The notes: generated from the sequence alone by a model not told the origin. A DNA stretch of 64,000 nucleotides from an uncultured Clostridia bacterium (GCA_937896905.1 CALBOE010000009.1:43122-107121); one strand, 5' to 3'. Numbered from the stretch's first letter, positions 54,157 through 64,000 are shown. Translations and numbers: made by a program.

Positions 54157-55965
54157 TTATTTCTGCTTAAAATGATTAAATATGTTTTTGGCGGTTGTTT
54201 TACTAACACCTTTTATTTGTTCCAATTCGCTTAATGTTGCGTTTTTTATGTTGTCTATTGTTCTAAACTTGCTTAGCAGTGCCCTTCTTATTGCTGGACC
54301 AACCCCCGAAATGCTTTCTAATCCGCCCTTAAACGCACCTTTTGCACGCAAACTGCGGTTAAATGTTATTGCAAACCTATGCGCTTCGTCCCTGGCTAGC
54401 TGAACAAGGCGTAATGAATATGAGCCTTTTTGAAGAATGTATGGTTTGCTTTGGCTGGGCTTAAAAACCTCTTCTTCCCTTTTTGCCAAACTTATAAGGT
54501 CGTTTGAATAGTTATATTTACTTAAAACTTCCACTGCTGAAGATAGTTGCCCTTTGCCACCGTCTATAATGATAAGGTCTGGAATTTGAGAAAATGAGAT
54601 GTCGTTGCTTGTTAGTTTTTCCATTCTTCTAGTTAAAACTTCTCGCATTGACGAAAAGTCGTCTATAAATTGCACGGTTTCAATTTTAAATTTGCGGTAC
54701 ATTTTTGGGTGTTTTTCACCGTTTGTTACAACCACCATACTTGCAACCGTGTGCGTGCCAAAGGTGTGAGAAATATCATAACATTCAATCCTTTTTGGCA
54801 TTCTTGTTAAGTTCAAATCTTTTTGAAGTTGTTTCATTGCGCCCAAACTTGCGTTAAGTTGTTTGGTGGTTTTCTCTAAATTCTTTTCTATGTGGATTTG
54901 AGCATTTTTGTTTGCCATTTCTAACAACTTAAATTTAACACTTTCTATAACAGGTTTTACAACCGCCACCTTTTTACCCACCTTACTTTGAAGGAATGTT
55001 TCAATTTCATGTGTGTTTATGTTTGGCATAATAATTTCGTCCGCATTAAACGGCTGGGCTGAATAGTATTGCATAATAAACTGCGTGTATGCTTCGCTTT
55101 CATCCAAAAAATTTAAAATGTCGAACGTTTGAACGCCTTGCAATTTTCCGCCCCTTATGTTTAAAACACACATTGCAGAAAACTCCCCACTTGTGGCAAG
55201 GCTAAACACGTCGTAATCCACTAAACTACCAAGACTGGTTATAACTTTAGACTTTAATTTTTCTAACATTTTTAAACGATTTCTAATTTGAAGAGCTGTT
55301 TCGTAGTTTTCTGCATTAGATGCGGCCAACATTTTTTCTTGCAAAAGTTGTTCCACCTGCTTTGTTTCACCTTTTAAGAACCTTATAGCAGAATTAACCA
55401 CTTGCATATAATCTTGCTTAGAAATCTCTTTGTTACAAGGTGCTGCGCACATGTGCATTTCTTTAAATAAACACGGTTTTGTTGCTTTTTTGTTTTCGGT
55501 TATTTGAAGTTTACATTTACGTAGCGGAAATGCGTAATCTAAAATTGAAAGCACATCTTTTGCGCTAACCCCAGCCATGTAGGGCCCAAAATATTTATCG
55601 GTTTTATTCAACCTTCTGCTAATTGCAAACTTTGGAAAGTCCTCTTTTAAATTTACTTTAATGTAGGCGTAGGTTTTGCCATCTTTAAGCAGAATGTTAT
55701 AGTATGGTTTATATTTTTTTATAAGGTTGTTTTCAAGTGCTAACGCTTCCACTTCGTTGTTTACCACAAAAAAATCGAAATCTACCACATTAGCAACCAT
55801 ATTCCTAACTTTGTGGTGTTCCTGCGAACGCAAAAAGTATTGGCTCACACGCTTTTTTAGGTTCTTTGCCTTGCCAATGTATATAACGTTCTCGTCCTTA
55901 TCCTTCATAATGTAAACGCCTGCGTCGTTGGGCAAACGTTTAACTTTGTCTAAAACAATATCCAT
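54157..55965 (-). CDS. uvrC: excinuclease ABC subunit C
   Basis: GIY-YIG (GVYIMKD...IYIGKAKNLKKR), UVR domain, Endo V-like domain and C-terminal (HhH)2. Confidence 0.95.
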   Translation of the reverse strand: MDIVLDKVKRLPNDAGVYIMKDKDENVIYIGKAKNLKKRVSQYFLRSQEHHKVRNMVANVVDFDFFVVNNEVEALALENNLIKKYKPYYNILLKDGKTYAYIKVNLKEDFPKFAISRRLNKTDKYFGPYMAGVSAKDVLSILDYAFPLRKCKLQITENKKATKPCLFKEMHMCAAPCNKEISKQDYMQVVNSAIRFLKGETKQVEQLLQEKMLAASNAENYETALQIRNRLKMLEKLKSKVITSLGSLVDYDVFSLATSGEFSAMCVLNIRGGKLQGVQTFDILNFLDESEAYTQFIMQYYSAQPFNADEIIMPNINTHEIETFLQSKVGKKVAVVKPVIESVKFKLLEMANKNAQIHIEKNLEKTTKQLNASLGAMKQLQKDLNLTRMPKRIECYDISHTFGTHTVASMVVVTNGEKHPKMYRKFKIETVQFIDDFSSMREVLTRRMEKLTSNDISFSQIPDLIIIDGGKGQLSSAVEVLSKYNYSNDLISLAKREEEVFKPSQSKPYILQKGSYSLRLVQLARDEAHRFAITFNRSLRAKGAFKGGLESISGVGPAIRRALLSKFRTIDNIKNATLSELEQIKGVSKTTAKNIFNHFKQK

Positions 55966-56074
55966 ATTTATTATTATAACACAAAAAAGCTAATAGTTAA
56001 ATTGTTTTTTTGAATTTTTTTGCTTTTAACAATAAATGTTTAAACTGAATATATTGTGAAAGGATATTGTTTTA

Positions 56075-56989
56075 ATGAAAAATTTTAAAGATTGCGTACA
56101 CTTTAAAAATACCAGTTTGAAAGATTATTGCACGTTTAAAATTGGTGGCTATGCCAAACACTTATTTGTGGTTTATTCATCTAACGCGCTTATTGAAGTT
56201 TGCAGGTTTTTGCAACAAAAAAATATCAACTTTAAGGTTATTGGCTTAGGTGCCAACCTGCTGTTTTCAGATAGGGGCTATGATGGTGCAATTATTGTTA
56301 ACCAATCCGCCAGCATAATGTTTAGAAAAAACACCGTTTATGTTGGCAGCGGCACAAATTTTGGCGAGTTAATTTTTTGTTGCAGAAAAAAAGGATTAAG
56401 TGGAATTGAATGCCTTGCTGGAATCCCCTCTACGGTTGGCGGAGCTTTAGTTAACAATTTGGGGGCTTTTAACACCACTTTTGAAAACTGCGTTGAATGG
56501 ATTGAAGGATTTTATTTAAGCAATTTGAATAAAAAAATTCGCCTACATAAAAACGATTGTTGCTTTGGTTATAGAACCAGCATATTTAAACAAGGCAATT
56601 TTATAATAACCAAGGCAAAATTAAGGTTAAATTACGATAATCCCTTAAATATTTCACTAAAAATTAGGCAGTGTTTAACTGCAAAACACCAAAGCCAGCC
56701 TGTTAACTTGCCTAGCGCAGGAAGCATTTTTAAGCGATGTGAAATTATTCCCGCTAAGGTGATTGACGAACTTGGGCTTAAAGGGCTAACTGTTGGCGGA
56801 GCACAAATTTCTACCAAACACGCCGGCTTTATTGTTAACACAAATAATGCCTCAGCAAGCAACGTTCGCTCCTTAATTTCAACTATCAAAGCCAAAGTTA
56901 AAGCCGCCACCAACGTTAACTTACCATTGGAATTGGAAATTTTGCCATATAAAAACAAAATTCTAAAACCTAAAATAATTGATTTATAA
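56075..56989 (+). CDS. murB: UDP-N-acetylenolpyruvoylglucosamine reductase
   Basis: FAD-binding blocks (FKIGG, IGLGANLL) and the C-terminal SAGSIFKR/GGAQIS block. Confidence 0.9.
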   Translation: MKNFKDCVHFKNTSLKDYCTFKIGGYAKHLFVVYSSNALIEVCRFLQQKNINFKVIGLGANLLFSDRGYDGAIIVNQSASIMFRKNTVYVGSGTNFGELIFCCRKKGLSGIECLAGIPSTVGGALVNNLGAFNTTFENCVEWIEGFYLSNLNKKIRLHKNDCCFGYRTSIFKQGNFIITKAKLRLNYDNPLNISLKIRQCLTAKHQSQPVNLPSAGSIFKRCEIIPAKVIDELGLKGLTVGGAQISTKHAGFIVNTNNASASNVRSLISTIKAKVKAATNVNLPLELEILPYKNKILKPKIIDL

Positions 56990-57025
56990 ATTTAATCGTG
57001 TTATAATAGGCGCATAGGAGAAATT

Positions 57026-57802
57026 ATGGCACTTATTGCAGATTATCACACTCACACAAAATATTCACGCAACGGTCATGGAAAAAGCACGGTTGAAGAA
57101 AATGTTAGGGTTGCCTACACAAAAGGCTTAAGGCAAATTGCCATAACCGACCATGGTTTTAACCAAAAAACCTTTGGAGTTAGGCGAATTGACATTCCTG
57201 CCCTTAAACAGGACATTGAAAACGCAATGGAAATGTACCCTGTTGACGTTTTACTTGGCGTGGAAGCAAATATTATTTCAAGCAAAGGCGATATTGACAT
57301 TATTGAAAGCGACTATGAAAATTTAGACGTTATTGGTTGTGGATTTCACCGATTAGTTAAATCTGTTAACAGCAGGGAACAATCTAAATTCATTTTAAAA
57401 AACATTATGTGTGAAATTTTTCATCACACAAGCAAACGTCAAAAAGAAAAAAACACCAATGCCTATATCAATGCAATGCGTAAGTACGACATTGACTTTA
57501 TAACCCACCTTAACCACGGTTGTAAGGTTGATGTTGAAAAAGTTGCACGTGTTGCCAAAGAAACCAACACTTTAATTGAACTTAACGGCAAACGTTTAGG
57601 CTTAACTGACGAAGAAATTATGATATGCTACAACCAAGGTTGCAAGTTTATTATTAACAGCGATGCACACAGGGCTAACCGTGTGGGAGAATGCCATTTA
57701 GGCTTGCAAGCAGCATTAAGATTAAGGTTGCCAGATAGTTGCATTGTTAACTATAACAACATTCCAACATTTAAAAAAGAAAAACGCAAGAAAAGGAGCT
57801 AG
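57026..57802 (+). CDS. PHP-domain phosphoesterase
   Basis: DYHTHTKYS, ITDHG and SDAH metal-binding motifs. Confidence 0.8.
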   Translation: MALIADYHTHTKYSRNGHGKSTVEENVRVAYTKGLRQIAITDHGFNQKTFGVRRIDIPALKQDIENAMEMYPVDVLLGVEANIISSKGDIDIIESDYENLDVIGCGFHRLVKSVNSREQSKFILKNIMCEIFHHTSKRQKEKNTNAYINAMRKYDIDFITHLNHGCKVDVEKVARVAKETNTLIELNGKRLGLTDEEIMICYNQGCKFIINSDAHRANRVGECHLGLQAALRLRLPDSCIVNYNNIPTFKKEKRKKRS

Positions 57803-57804
57803 AA

Positions 57805-58689
57805 ATGCAAAACTGCAAACAGCAAATACTTTCAACAATTCCAGATAACAACTGTTGCAGTAATGCCTTTTTTTGTGCCGTTTTAAAAACCTGCGCACAA
57901 ATTGATATTAAAACATCATCTATTATAATAAACTGCCAAACAAATGTGATGGACAAGCTTATTAAAATCGTTCACAACTTCTACCCTCACCTTGAAATTA
58001 GTGTTTGGGAAAACTTTTTAATGCTTCAAGGCAACTTGTTTAATTTATTAATGGATTGTGGAATTGACGAGAATTTAACTTTCAACTTTAAAATTTTTGA
58101 TGCAGATTGCGACAAACTTGCGCTTATTAAAACCTTGTTTTTGGTTTCTGGCAATTTCTACTACACAGAAGATAATTCCAAAAATTCACACGGATATCGT
58201 TTAGAGTTTATTGTTAAGCCAGACCTTAAAGAAATAACTCACTCACTTTTGCAAGAATTCGGCTTTAAATTAAGAAATATTGCAAGATACGGCAGCCAAG
58301 TGTTCTACACCACCAACAGCAACACAATTTGCGACCTGTTAACAAAAATGGGCGCAGTTTACACCACCTTAGAAATTCAAAACAACCTTGCAATACGTGA
58401 AATTAGAAATGCGGCCAACCGTCAAAACAACTGCTTTGAAAGCAACTTAGATAAAACTTTAAGTGCAAGCGCCATTCAAGTTAATGCAATTAAATTTTTA
58501 ATGGAAAAGAACTATTTCGATAATTTGCCGGATAATCTAAAAGATGTTGCTCTTGCAAGAATTGCTAATCCAGACATTTCACTTAGTGAACTTCAAACAA
58601 TTTTGGGCGAAAAAATTAGCCGAGCCGGAATTAAATATCGTTTAGATAAAATTATTGAAACATATAATTCTTTAAAAGGAGAAAACTAA
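57805..58689 (+). CDS. whiA: DNA-binding protein WhiA
   Basis: N-terminal CC-containing segment (NNCCSNAFFCAVLK), degenerate LAGLIDADG-like core, C-terminal HTH (LSELQTILGEKISRAGIKYRLDKI). Confidence 0.8.
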   Translation: MQNCKQQILSTIPDNNCCSNAFFCAVLKTCAQIDIKTSSIIINCQTNVMDKLIKIVHNFYPHLEISVWENFLMLQGNLFNLLMDCGIDENLTFNFKIFDADCDKLALIKTLFLVSGNFYYTEDNSKNSHGYRLEFIVKPDLKEITHSLLQEFGFKLRNIARYGSQVFYTTNSNTICDLLTKMGAVYTTLEIQNNLAIREIRNAANRQNNCFESNLDKTLSASAIQVNAIKFLMEKNYFDNLPDNLKDVALARIANPDISLSELQTILGEKISRAGIKYRLDKIIETYNSLKGEN

Positions 58690-61600
58690 TGAAGCCGTTT
58701 GTTCATTTGCATGTTCACACTGAATATTCTTTGCTAGATGGTGCTGCACGCATTAAAAAACTTGTTAAGCTTGCCAAAGAAAATGGTATGCCCGCCGTTG
58801 CAATGACCGACCACGGCAACATGTATGGTGCAACTCACTTTTTCGACGCCTGCCAAAAAGAAGGAATAAAACCAATTTTTGGAACAGAGTTTTATGTTGC
58901 GGACGATTTAGAAGTTAAAAGTGGCAAACAAAAACTTGCCCACCTTATAATTTTGGTTAAAAACGAGCAAGGATATAAGAACATTTGTAAACTTAACTCT
59001 ATTGCCTTTGTTAACGGCTTTTACTATAAGCCAAGAATAGATTATAAAACCTTAGAAAAATATCACGAAGGTTTAATTTGTCTTTCTGCCTGTCTTGCTG
59101 GCGACATTCCTCGTTTAATTATGCAAGAGCAATACGAGAAAGCGGAAGAGTTAATTTTGTGGTTTAAAAACCTGTTTAAGGACGATTTTTATCTTGAAAT
59201 TCAACACAATGGAATTCCAGAGCAAGAAATTGTTAATGCAAAATTAAGGGAATATTCTAAAAAGTTTGACGTTAAACTTGTTGCAACTAACGACGTGCAT
59301 TATCTTTATAAAGAAGATGCCGAAATGCAGGACGTTTTGATGTGCGTTTCTATGCAAAAGTTTGTAGACGACCCAGATAGGTTAAAATTCCCTACCGATG
59401 AATTGTATTTCAAAAATTACGACCAAATGCTTGCTGGGCTGCCTAACGACGAAGCCGCGCTAGACACAACGGTTGAAATTGCAGAAAAATGCAACTACGG
59501 TTTCGATTATGGGCATTATTTATTCCCTCATTTTGAACCAGATGGCGGATATAACGATCAAGTTGGTAACACGCCAAAAGAATATTTATTGAACCTTGTG
59601 GATAAAGGCATTAAACAAAAATACGGTGAATATACCGAAGAAATTAACGAACGTATTAAAACTGAAATAGACATTATTGAAAAACAAGGCTTTATTGAAT
59701 ATTTCCTTATTGTTTGGGACTATATTAACGCGGCAAGAAATATGGGAATTTCTGTTGGGCCTGGCCGTGGTTCTGGTGCAGGTTCTCTAATTGCCTACTC
59801 CATGGGAATTACTAATATTGACCCTCTTAAATTTGAACTGTTCTTCGAGCGTTTCCTTAACCTAGAACGTGTTTCGGCACCCGACTTTGACGTGGACTTT
59901 GAAGACGTAAGACGTGACGAAGTTATTGACTATGTTTGCCGTAAATATGGTGACGACAGAGTTGTTCACATAATAACCTTTGGAACAATGGCTGCAAAAA
60001 ATGCCATTAAGGACGTGGGCAGAGTTTTGCGTGTGCCATATTCTGTTACCGATAAAATTACAAAAATTATTCCAAAATATAAATCTCCAATTTTGCCAAA
60101 GGTTTTTGGTTTCCACGTACCTAAGGAAGGCGACAAAGATTTTGGTACAGTTTATGCAGTGCCAGAATTGGTGGAAATGTATAACACCGACCCACAAGTT
60201 AAACAAGTGGTTGATATTGCAATGAAGGTTGAAGATTTCCCTCGCCAATGCTCTACCCACCCTTGTGGCGTTATTATTGGCGCAGACGTTTTGGATAAGC
60301 ACGTGCCTCTAAGCCGAAATGGCGACGACATAACCACACAATACGAAGGTGTGGACATGGAACACTTGGGCCACCTAAAAATGGACTTTTTAGGGCTTAG
60401 AAACTTAACCGATATTAAAGGAACCATTAACCTTGTTAAGCAAAATCATGGTGTGGAAATTGATTTTGAAAAGTCTAAATACGACGACCCTAACGTTTAT
60501 AAACTTATTTCCACTGGCAACACAGAAGGAATGTTCCAAATTGAATCTGCCGGATTTAAAAAGTTCTTGAAAGAACTTCAACCAACCTGTATAGAAGACA
60601 TTGTTGCGGCAGTTTCACTTTACCGCCCTGGCCCAATGGATAGCATTCCAAAATATGTGCACAACAAGCACCACCCAGAAGACACAACCTACGACCACCC
60701 TATTTTAAAACCTATTTTGGAAGTTACCTATGGTTGCATAGTGTACCAGGAACAAGTTATGAAAGTGTGCCAAAACATGGCCGGTTTCACACTTGGGCAA
60801 GCAGATAGCATTAGGCGCGCAATGGGCAAAAAGAAACTTGCAGAAATGTTAAGTTGGAAAGAAGCTTTCTTGCATGGCAGAGAAGCTTTCACTGACGACC
60901 ATGGCAAATTTAACCCTGCCATTAAAGGTGCAATTAACAATGGTGTTAGCGAAGAAGTTGCAAACAAAATTTGGAACGAAATGGAAGCGTTTGCTTCGTA
61001 TGCATTTAACAAATCTCACGCGGCAGCCTACTCTTTAATTACCTATCAAACCGCTTATTTGAAAACGTATTATATTAGCGAATTTTTAACAACAATTTTA
61101 AATAACCGCATAACGAATATTGATAAAATTAAGTTCTACATTGCCTACGCAAAGCAAGAAAAAATCCCTGTTTTGCCACCAGATATTAACCTTAGCGAAA
61201 CTTATTTTAGCACAAAAGGGCACGAAATTCGCTTTGGTTTGGCTGCGCTTAAAAATGTTGGCGTTGGCGTTATTAAAGAACTTTTAGAAGAACGCAAACA
61301 AAACGGCGATTTTAAAAGTTTGGAAGATTTTATTAATCGCGCAAACTCTCAGGCGCTTAACAAACGTTGTATAGAATCTTTAATTAAAGCGGGCGCTTTC
61401 GATTGCTTTGGCAAGCCACGCAGCCACTTAATGGCAGTTTATGGCATTATGGTGGACAGAGCTTTGGAACGCAAAAAGAAAAGTTTGGGCGGACAATTAG
61501 ATTTGTTTGGCGACATTATTGAGGACACTGCCCTAATTGAAGAAAGCGAATATCCAAAAATAAGCGAATATGTTAACTCGGTTAAACTTCAATACGAAAG

Positions 61601-62297
61601 AGAAATTGCAGGAACCTACCTTTCTGGCCACCCTCTTGACGAGTTTATGGACGAAATGAAAAACTTTACGTTCGATTCTAGCATGATTCCAAGTGGCGGT
61701 GAGGACGAGGACGACAATTCTGCCAACATAAACACCTTTGAAGAGGAAACCGTTGAACTATATAACGGGCTTAAAAACGGTGACATTGTTACCTGCGGCG
61801 GTGTTATAGCCGACCTTAAAACAATTCAAACTAAATCTGGCGGCAGAATGGCATTTGCAACCATTGAAGATTTAACAGGAAGTTTTGAAGCAGTTTTCTT
61901 TAATAAGTCGTATGATAAATTTAAAGATATTTTGCAAAAAGACACTCTTGTGGCAATAAAAGGAAAATTCACTGTTAGGGACGAGCGAAAACCGTCTATT
62001 TCTGTGGATAATGTTGAACTTTTAACCAAATCTGAAGACGAAAACGAAACCAAACCAGAACTTGAAGTTGAAGTTGAAAAACCTAAACGTTTATGCTTAA
62101 AATACAACATTAACGACGGCATTTTACACGACGCTGTTAAGAAAATTCTTTCAACCTATGCTGGCCCAGATGCAGTTTTTGTTAAGGACGCTGCCACAAA
62201 CCAAGCATACAAACTTGGTCAAACTGTTCAAATTAGGGAAAGTTTAGTTTATGAGCTTGAAACCATTTTAGAGCCGGATTGCATTGTTATACAATAA
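58689..62297 (+). CDS. dnaE: DNA polymerase III alpha subunit (DnaE type)
   Basis: PHP (FVHLHVHTEYSLLDGA), palm (PDFDVDF), fingers (GLLKMDFLGL-like: GHLKMDFLGL; YRPGPM), HhH and OB domains. TAATG overlap with whiA. Confidence 0.95.
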   Translation: MKPFVHLHVHTEYSLLDGAARIKKLVKLAKENGMPAVAMTDHGNMYGATHFFDACQKEGIKPIFGTEFYVADDLEVKSGKQKLAHLIILVKNEQGYKNICKLNSIAFVNGFYYKPRIDYKTLEKYHEGLICLSACLAGDIPRLIMQEQYEKAEELILWFKNLFKDDFYLEIQHNGIPEQEIVNAKLREYSKKFDVKLVATNDVHYLYKEDAEMQDVLMCVSMQKFVDDPDRLKFPTDELYFKNYDQMLAGLPNDEAALDTTVEIAEKCNYGFDYGHYLFPHFEPDGGYNDQVGNTPKEYLLNLVDKGIKQKYGEYTEEINERIKTEIDIIEKQGFIEYFLIVWDYINAARNMGISVGPGRGSGAGSLIAYSMGITNIDPLKFELFFERFLNLERVSAPDFDVDFEDVRRDEVIDYVCRKYGDDRVVHIITFGTMAAKNAIKDVGRVLRVPYSVTDKITKIIPKYKSPILPKVFGFHVPKEGDKDFGTVYAVPELVEMYNTDPQVKQVVDIAMKVEDFPRQCSTHPCGVIIGADVLDKHVPLSRNGDDITTQYEGVDMEHLGHLKMDFLGLRNLTDIKGTINLVKQNHGVEIDFEKSKYDDPNVYKLISTGNTEGMFQIESAGFKKFLKELQPTCIEDIVAAVSLYRPGPMDSIPKYVHNKHHPEDTTYDHPILKPILEVTYGCIVYQEQVMKVCQNMAGFTLGQADSIRRAMGKKKLAEMLSWKEAFLHGREAFTDDHGKFNPAIKGAINNGVSEEVANKIWNEMEAFASYAFNKSHAAAYSLITYQTAYLKTYYISEFLTTILNNRITNIDKIKFYIAYAKQEKIPVLPPDINLSETYFSTKGHEIRFGLAALKNVGVGVIKELLEERKQNGDFKSLEDFINRANSQALNKRCIESLIKAGAFDCFGKPRSHLMAVYGIMVDRALERKKKSLGGQLDLFGDIIEDTALIEESEYPKISEYVNSVKLQYEREIAGTYLSGHPLDEFMDEMKNFTFDSSMIPSGGEDEDDNSANINTFEEETVELYNGLKNGDIVTCGGVIADLKTIQTKSGGRMAFATIEDLTGSFEAVFFNKSYDKFKDILQKDTLVAIKGKFTVRDERKPSISVDNVELLTKSEDENETKPELEVEVEKPKRLCLKYNINDGILHDAVKKILSTYAGPDAVFVKDAATNQAYKLGQTVQIRESLVYELETILEPDCIVIQ

Positions 62298-62302
62298 AAA
62301 AC

Positions 62303-62341
62303 AACACCTTAACTTAATTTTGTTAGGGTGTTTTTGTTTTT
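62303..62341 (+). terminator. rho-independent terminator of dnaE
   Basis: AACACCTTAAC / GTTAGGGTGTT stem (one mismatch), 8-nt loop, then TTTTTGTTTTT. Confidence 0.7.
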
Positions 62342-62416
62342 CATTAATGTATTTGCCATTCCAAGAGAAATGATATGTTTTTGTTTAGTTAAATTCTATT
62401 TAATTTCCGTTTTCGC

Positions 62417-63016
62417 TTAATTTTGTTTAATGTTTAGGCACTTAGTTAATATATTAACAATGGTTTCTATTGGGTCTTTACAGTTATTTTTAATCCATTC
62501 CATAATAACTCCGCCCATGCCACTTAAATAAAACTTTATTAAATAGCTTTGCTCGTGTTTAGGCACATTAAACCTATCTAGTATTGGCTCAAAAAGGTTT
62601 TTGTTAAGGTGTTTTACAATTTGCTCTTCCCTTAATACATTTGGTTGAGATTGCGCAACTTTATACACCGTTTTGTTCTCTTTAACAAACTCCAAATATG
62701 GCACCAAATATTTTGGCGACACCAAAACTAATTCTTCCAACGGGCAAGTTTTTAAAGTTTTTGTGGTTATTACTTCACTATTAAATTTTGCCGATATTTT
62801 GCTTCCAACATATTCAATACACTCAGCAAGCAAATCGTCTATTGTTTCGTAATGCAAATAAAATGTTGAGCGATTAACCCCTGCCTTTTCGCAAATTTCT
62901 TTTACCGTTATAAACGGATAATCCTTCTTTTCTAGCAACAAAATTAAAGCTTCGTCCATAAGGCAAGCAGTGTTGTAATATTTACTTTCAGATTTATTTA
63001 ATTTGTTGCCTTGCAT
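62417..63016 (-). CDS. TetR/AcrR-family transcriptional regulator
   Basis: N-terminal HTH ITVKEICEKAGVNRSTFYLHY. Confidence 0.85.
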   Translation of the reverse strand: MQGNKLNKSESKYYNTACLMDEALILLLEKKDYPFITVKEICEKAGVNRSTFYLHYETIDDLLAECIEYVGSKISAKFNSEVITTKTLKTCPLEELVLVSPKYLVPYLEFVKENKTVYKVAQSQPNVLREEQIVKHLNKNLFEPILDRFNVPKHEQSYLIKFYLSGMGGVIMEWIKNNCKDPIETIVNILTKCLNIKQN

Positions 63017-63018
63017 TT

Positions 63019-63375
63019 CTATTCCTCCTCAGCAATTTCTTTAGCCAAACGAATAATATCAGAACCATGTTTTGCCTTGCCTTTTGCTAGCATCTTTCTA
63101 AATATTGGGTAGTTCACTCCACAACCCACCATACCTGTGGTTCCAACCGCCACACCAATAATCATGGCAATGGTTGTTCCTCCACCAATGGCACCTAAAC
63201 ATAAACTCATTCCTGTTCCAAGAATAAGTGCAGAAATTGTGCCAAACACATAAGCAAATATTCTTGCTGGCCTTTTGGCCTTTTGGTCTAACTTCTTTAA
63301 TGCCACAACCTTAGATGTTTGTTTTGGTGCATACTCGTTTGCAATTTGTTCTGCATAAATTTTGTCTGTATTCAT
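63019..63375 (-). CDS. small membrane protein (two Gly-rich TM helices), co-transcribed with the TetR gene
   Basis: 118 aa. AGGAGA RBS. TM helices FAYVFGTISALILGTGMSLCLGAI and IAMIIGVAVGTTGMVGCGV. Confidence 0.5.
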   Translation of the reverse strand: MNTDKIYAEQIANEYAPKQTSKVVALKKLDQKAKRPARIFAYVFGTISALILGTGMSLCLGAIGGGTTIAMIIGVAVGTTGMVGCGVNYPIFRKMLAKGKAKHGSDIIRLAKEIAEEE

Positions 63376-63434
63376 TTTTTATCTCCTTTTATTTTTAACA
63401 ACTTAATTATAGCATCTCAGTAGCGAAATGTGCG

Positions 63435-63458
63435 CAACACAAAACAACAAATGTGTTG
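63435..63458. promoter_or_regulatory. inverted repeat, candidate TetR operator
   Basis: CAACACA-N10-TGTGTTG just upstream of a TGC-TATAAT extended -10 that drives the 63375 operon. Confidence 0.25.
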
Positions 63459-63502
63459 AATTAAAAAGAGATTTTTATATTATAGCACACTTTTTAAAAA
63501 CA

Positions 63503-63535
63503 AAAAACACCTTATATTATTAATTAGGTGTTTTT
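63503..63535 (-). terminator. rho-independent terminator of the partial gene at the right edge
   Basis: AAAAACACCT/AGGTGTTTTT 10-bp stem with a 13-nt loop. T-run follows on the minus strand. Confidence 0.6.
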
Positions 63536-63580
63536 CTAAGCTTTTTAATTGGCACTTTAAGTTTGTAAGTTTTATGCCGC

Positions 63581-64000
63581 CTAAATTAATCTGTCGCCGT
63601 TAATTCCTTCCAAAAATCCGCAAGGAGTTTGGCATTTAAACCCATTTTTGCAACGGGAACCATTGGCCACTTTTCCCAAATCTGCTTTAACTGCTGCTAT
63701 ATTGGTGTTTTTAATATATCTATCCATCGTTTCTTTGGTGGCTTGCATAATTTCCAGTTGTGCCGCCGTGCATAATCTTTCTTTGGCTTTTAAAATTAAG
63801 TTTTCATACTTTCCTTGTTCGTTAATATGCACCAATTCACCTTGCGGTGTTGTGTGAGCAACTTTTTTCATATCTTCAAGCCACGATTCAATTAAACTGT
63901 CGTTGCCTTCAAATATTAAAGGAATAAAATATTCTGGATTTTCGTCTTGCATTAGTTCGTAATCTAAAGTTCTGTGCCTTTGTGCTTGTGCAAGCATTGC
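63581..64000 (-). CDS. hypothetical protein, C-terminal part (gene probably continues past the right edge)
   Basis: Open frame to the window edge. Cys-rich C-terminus (CKNGFKCQTPCGF). No family recognised. Confidence 0.4.
   Translation of the reverse strand, partial: AMLAQAQRHRTLDYELMQDENPEYFIPLIFEGNDSLIESWLEDMKKVAHTTPQGELVHINEQGKYENLILKAKERLCTAAQLEIMQATKETMDRYIKNTNIAAVKADLGKVANGSRCKNGFKCQTPCGFLEGINGDRLI

Overview
AT-rich, gene-dense chromosomal core region of a low-GC Gram-positive endospore former (Firmicutes/Clostridia-like). The sporulation markers are yqfC, yqfD, ylmC/ymxH, whiA and a SpoVD/PBP2B-type PBP. About 63 protein-coding genes are supported. I found no rRNA, tRNA, CRISPR array, transposase, integrase or prophage signature.

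Gene content, left to right:
- A rearranged dcw cluster: murD, mraY, murE, PBP, ftsL-like, rsmH.
- engB and SOS-controlled dinB.
- The macromolecular-synthesis operon: dnaG, an extra ORF, rpoD, then a COG1579 Zn-ribbon gene.
- ppdK, recO and a ybeY-era fusion, then yqfD and yqfC.
- An ABC-F gene, nrdR, parE-parC and ddl, followed by an unusual murF.
- tsaE and a tsaB-rimI fusion, pdp, a cysteine desulfurase with a DUF3343 gene, nth, obg and yhbY.
- A small AT-rich block of poorly characterised genes: an N/G/F-rich protein, a small ORF, an S8 protease and a degenerate ABC ATPase.
- ctsR-mcsA-mcsB-clpC with a textbook CtsR operator.
- uvrC, murB, a PHP-domain gene, whiA, dnaE and a TetR unit.

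The window is mostly housekeeping, and I see no obvious defence island or mobile system. The most unusual items are:
1. A sigma-70 region-2-only ORF translationally coupled between dnaG and rpoD.
2. Two Rosetta-stone fusions (YbeY-Era and TsaB-RimI).
3. A MurF-like ligase whose N-terminal domain is replaced by a hydrophobic segment.
4. A WG-repeat gene pair inserted in the dcw cluster.
5. A McsB homologue with a broken phosphagen-kinase active site.
6. A fully motif-degenerate orphan ABC ATPase next to a signal-less subtilase.
7. An 11-G homopolymer serving as the Shine-Dalgarno region of SOS-boxed dinB.

All functional calls rest on by-eye motif recognition and synteny. No database search was run.
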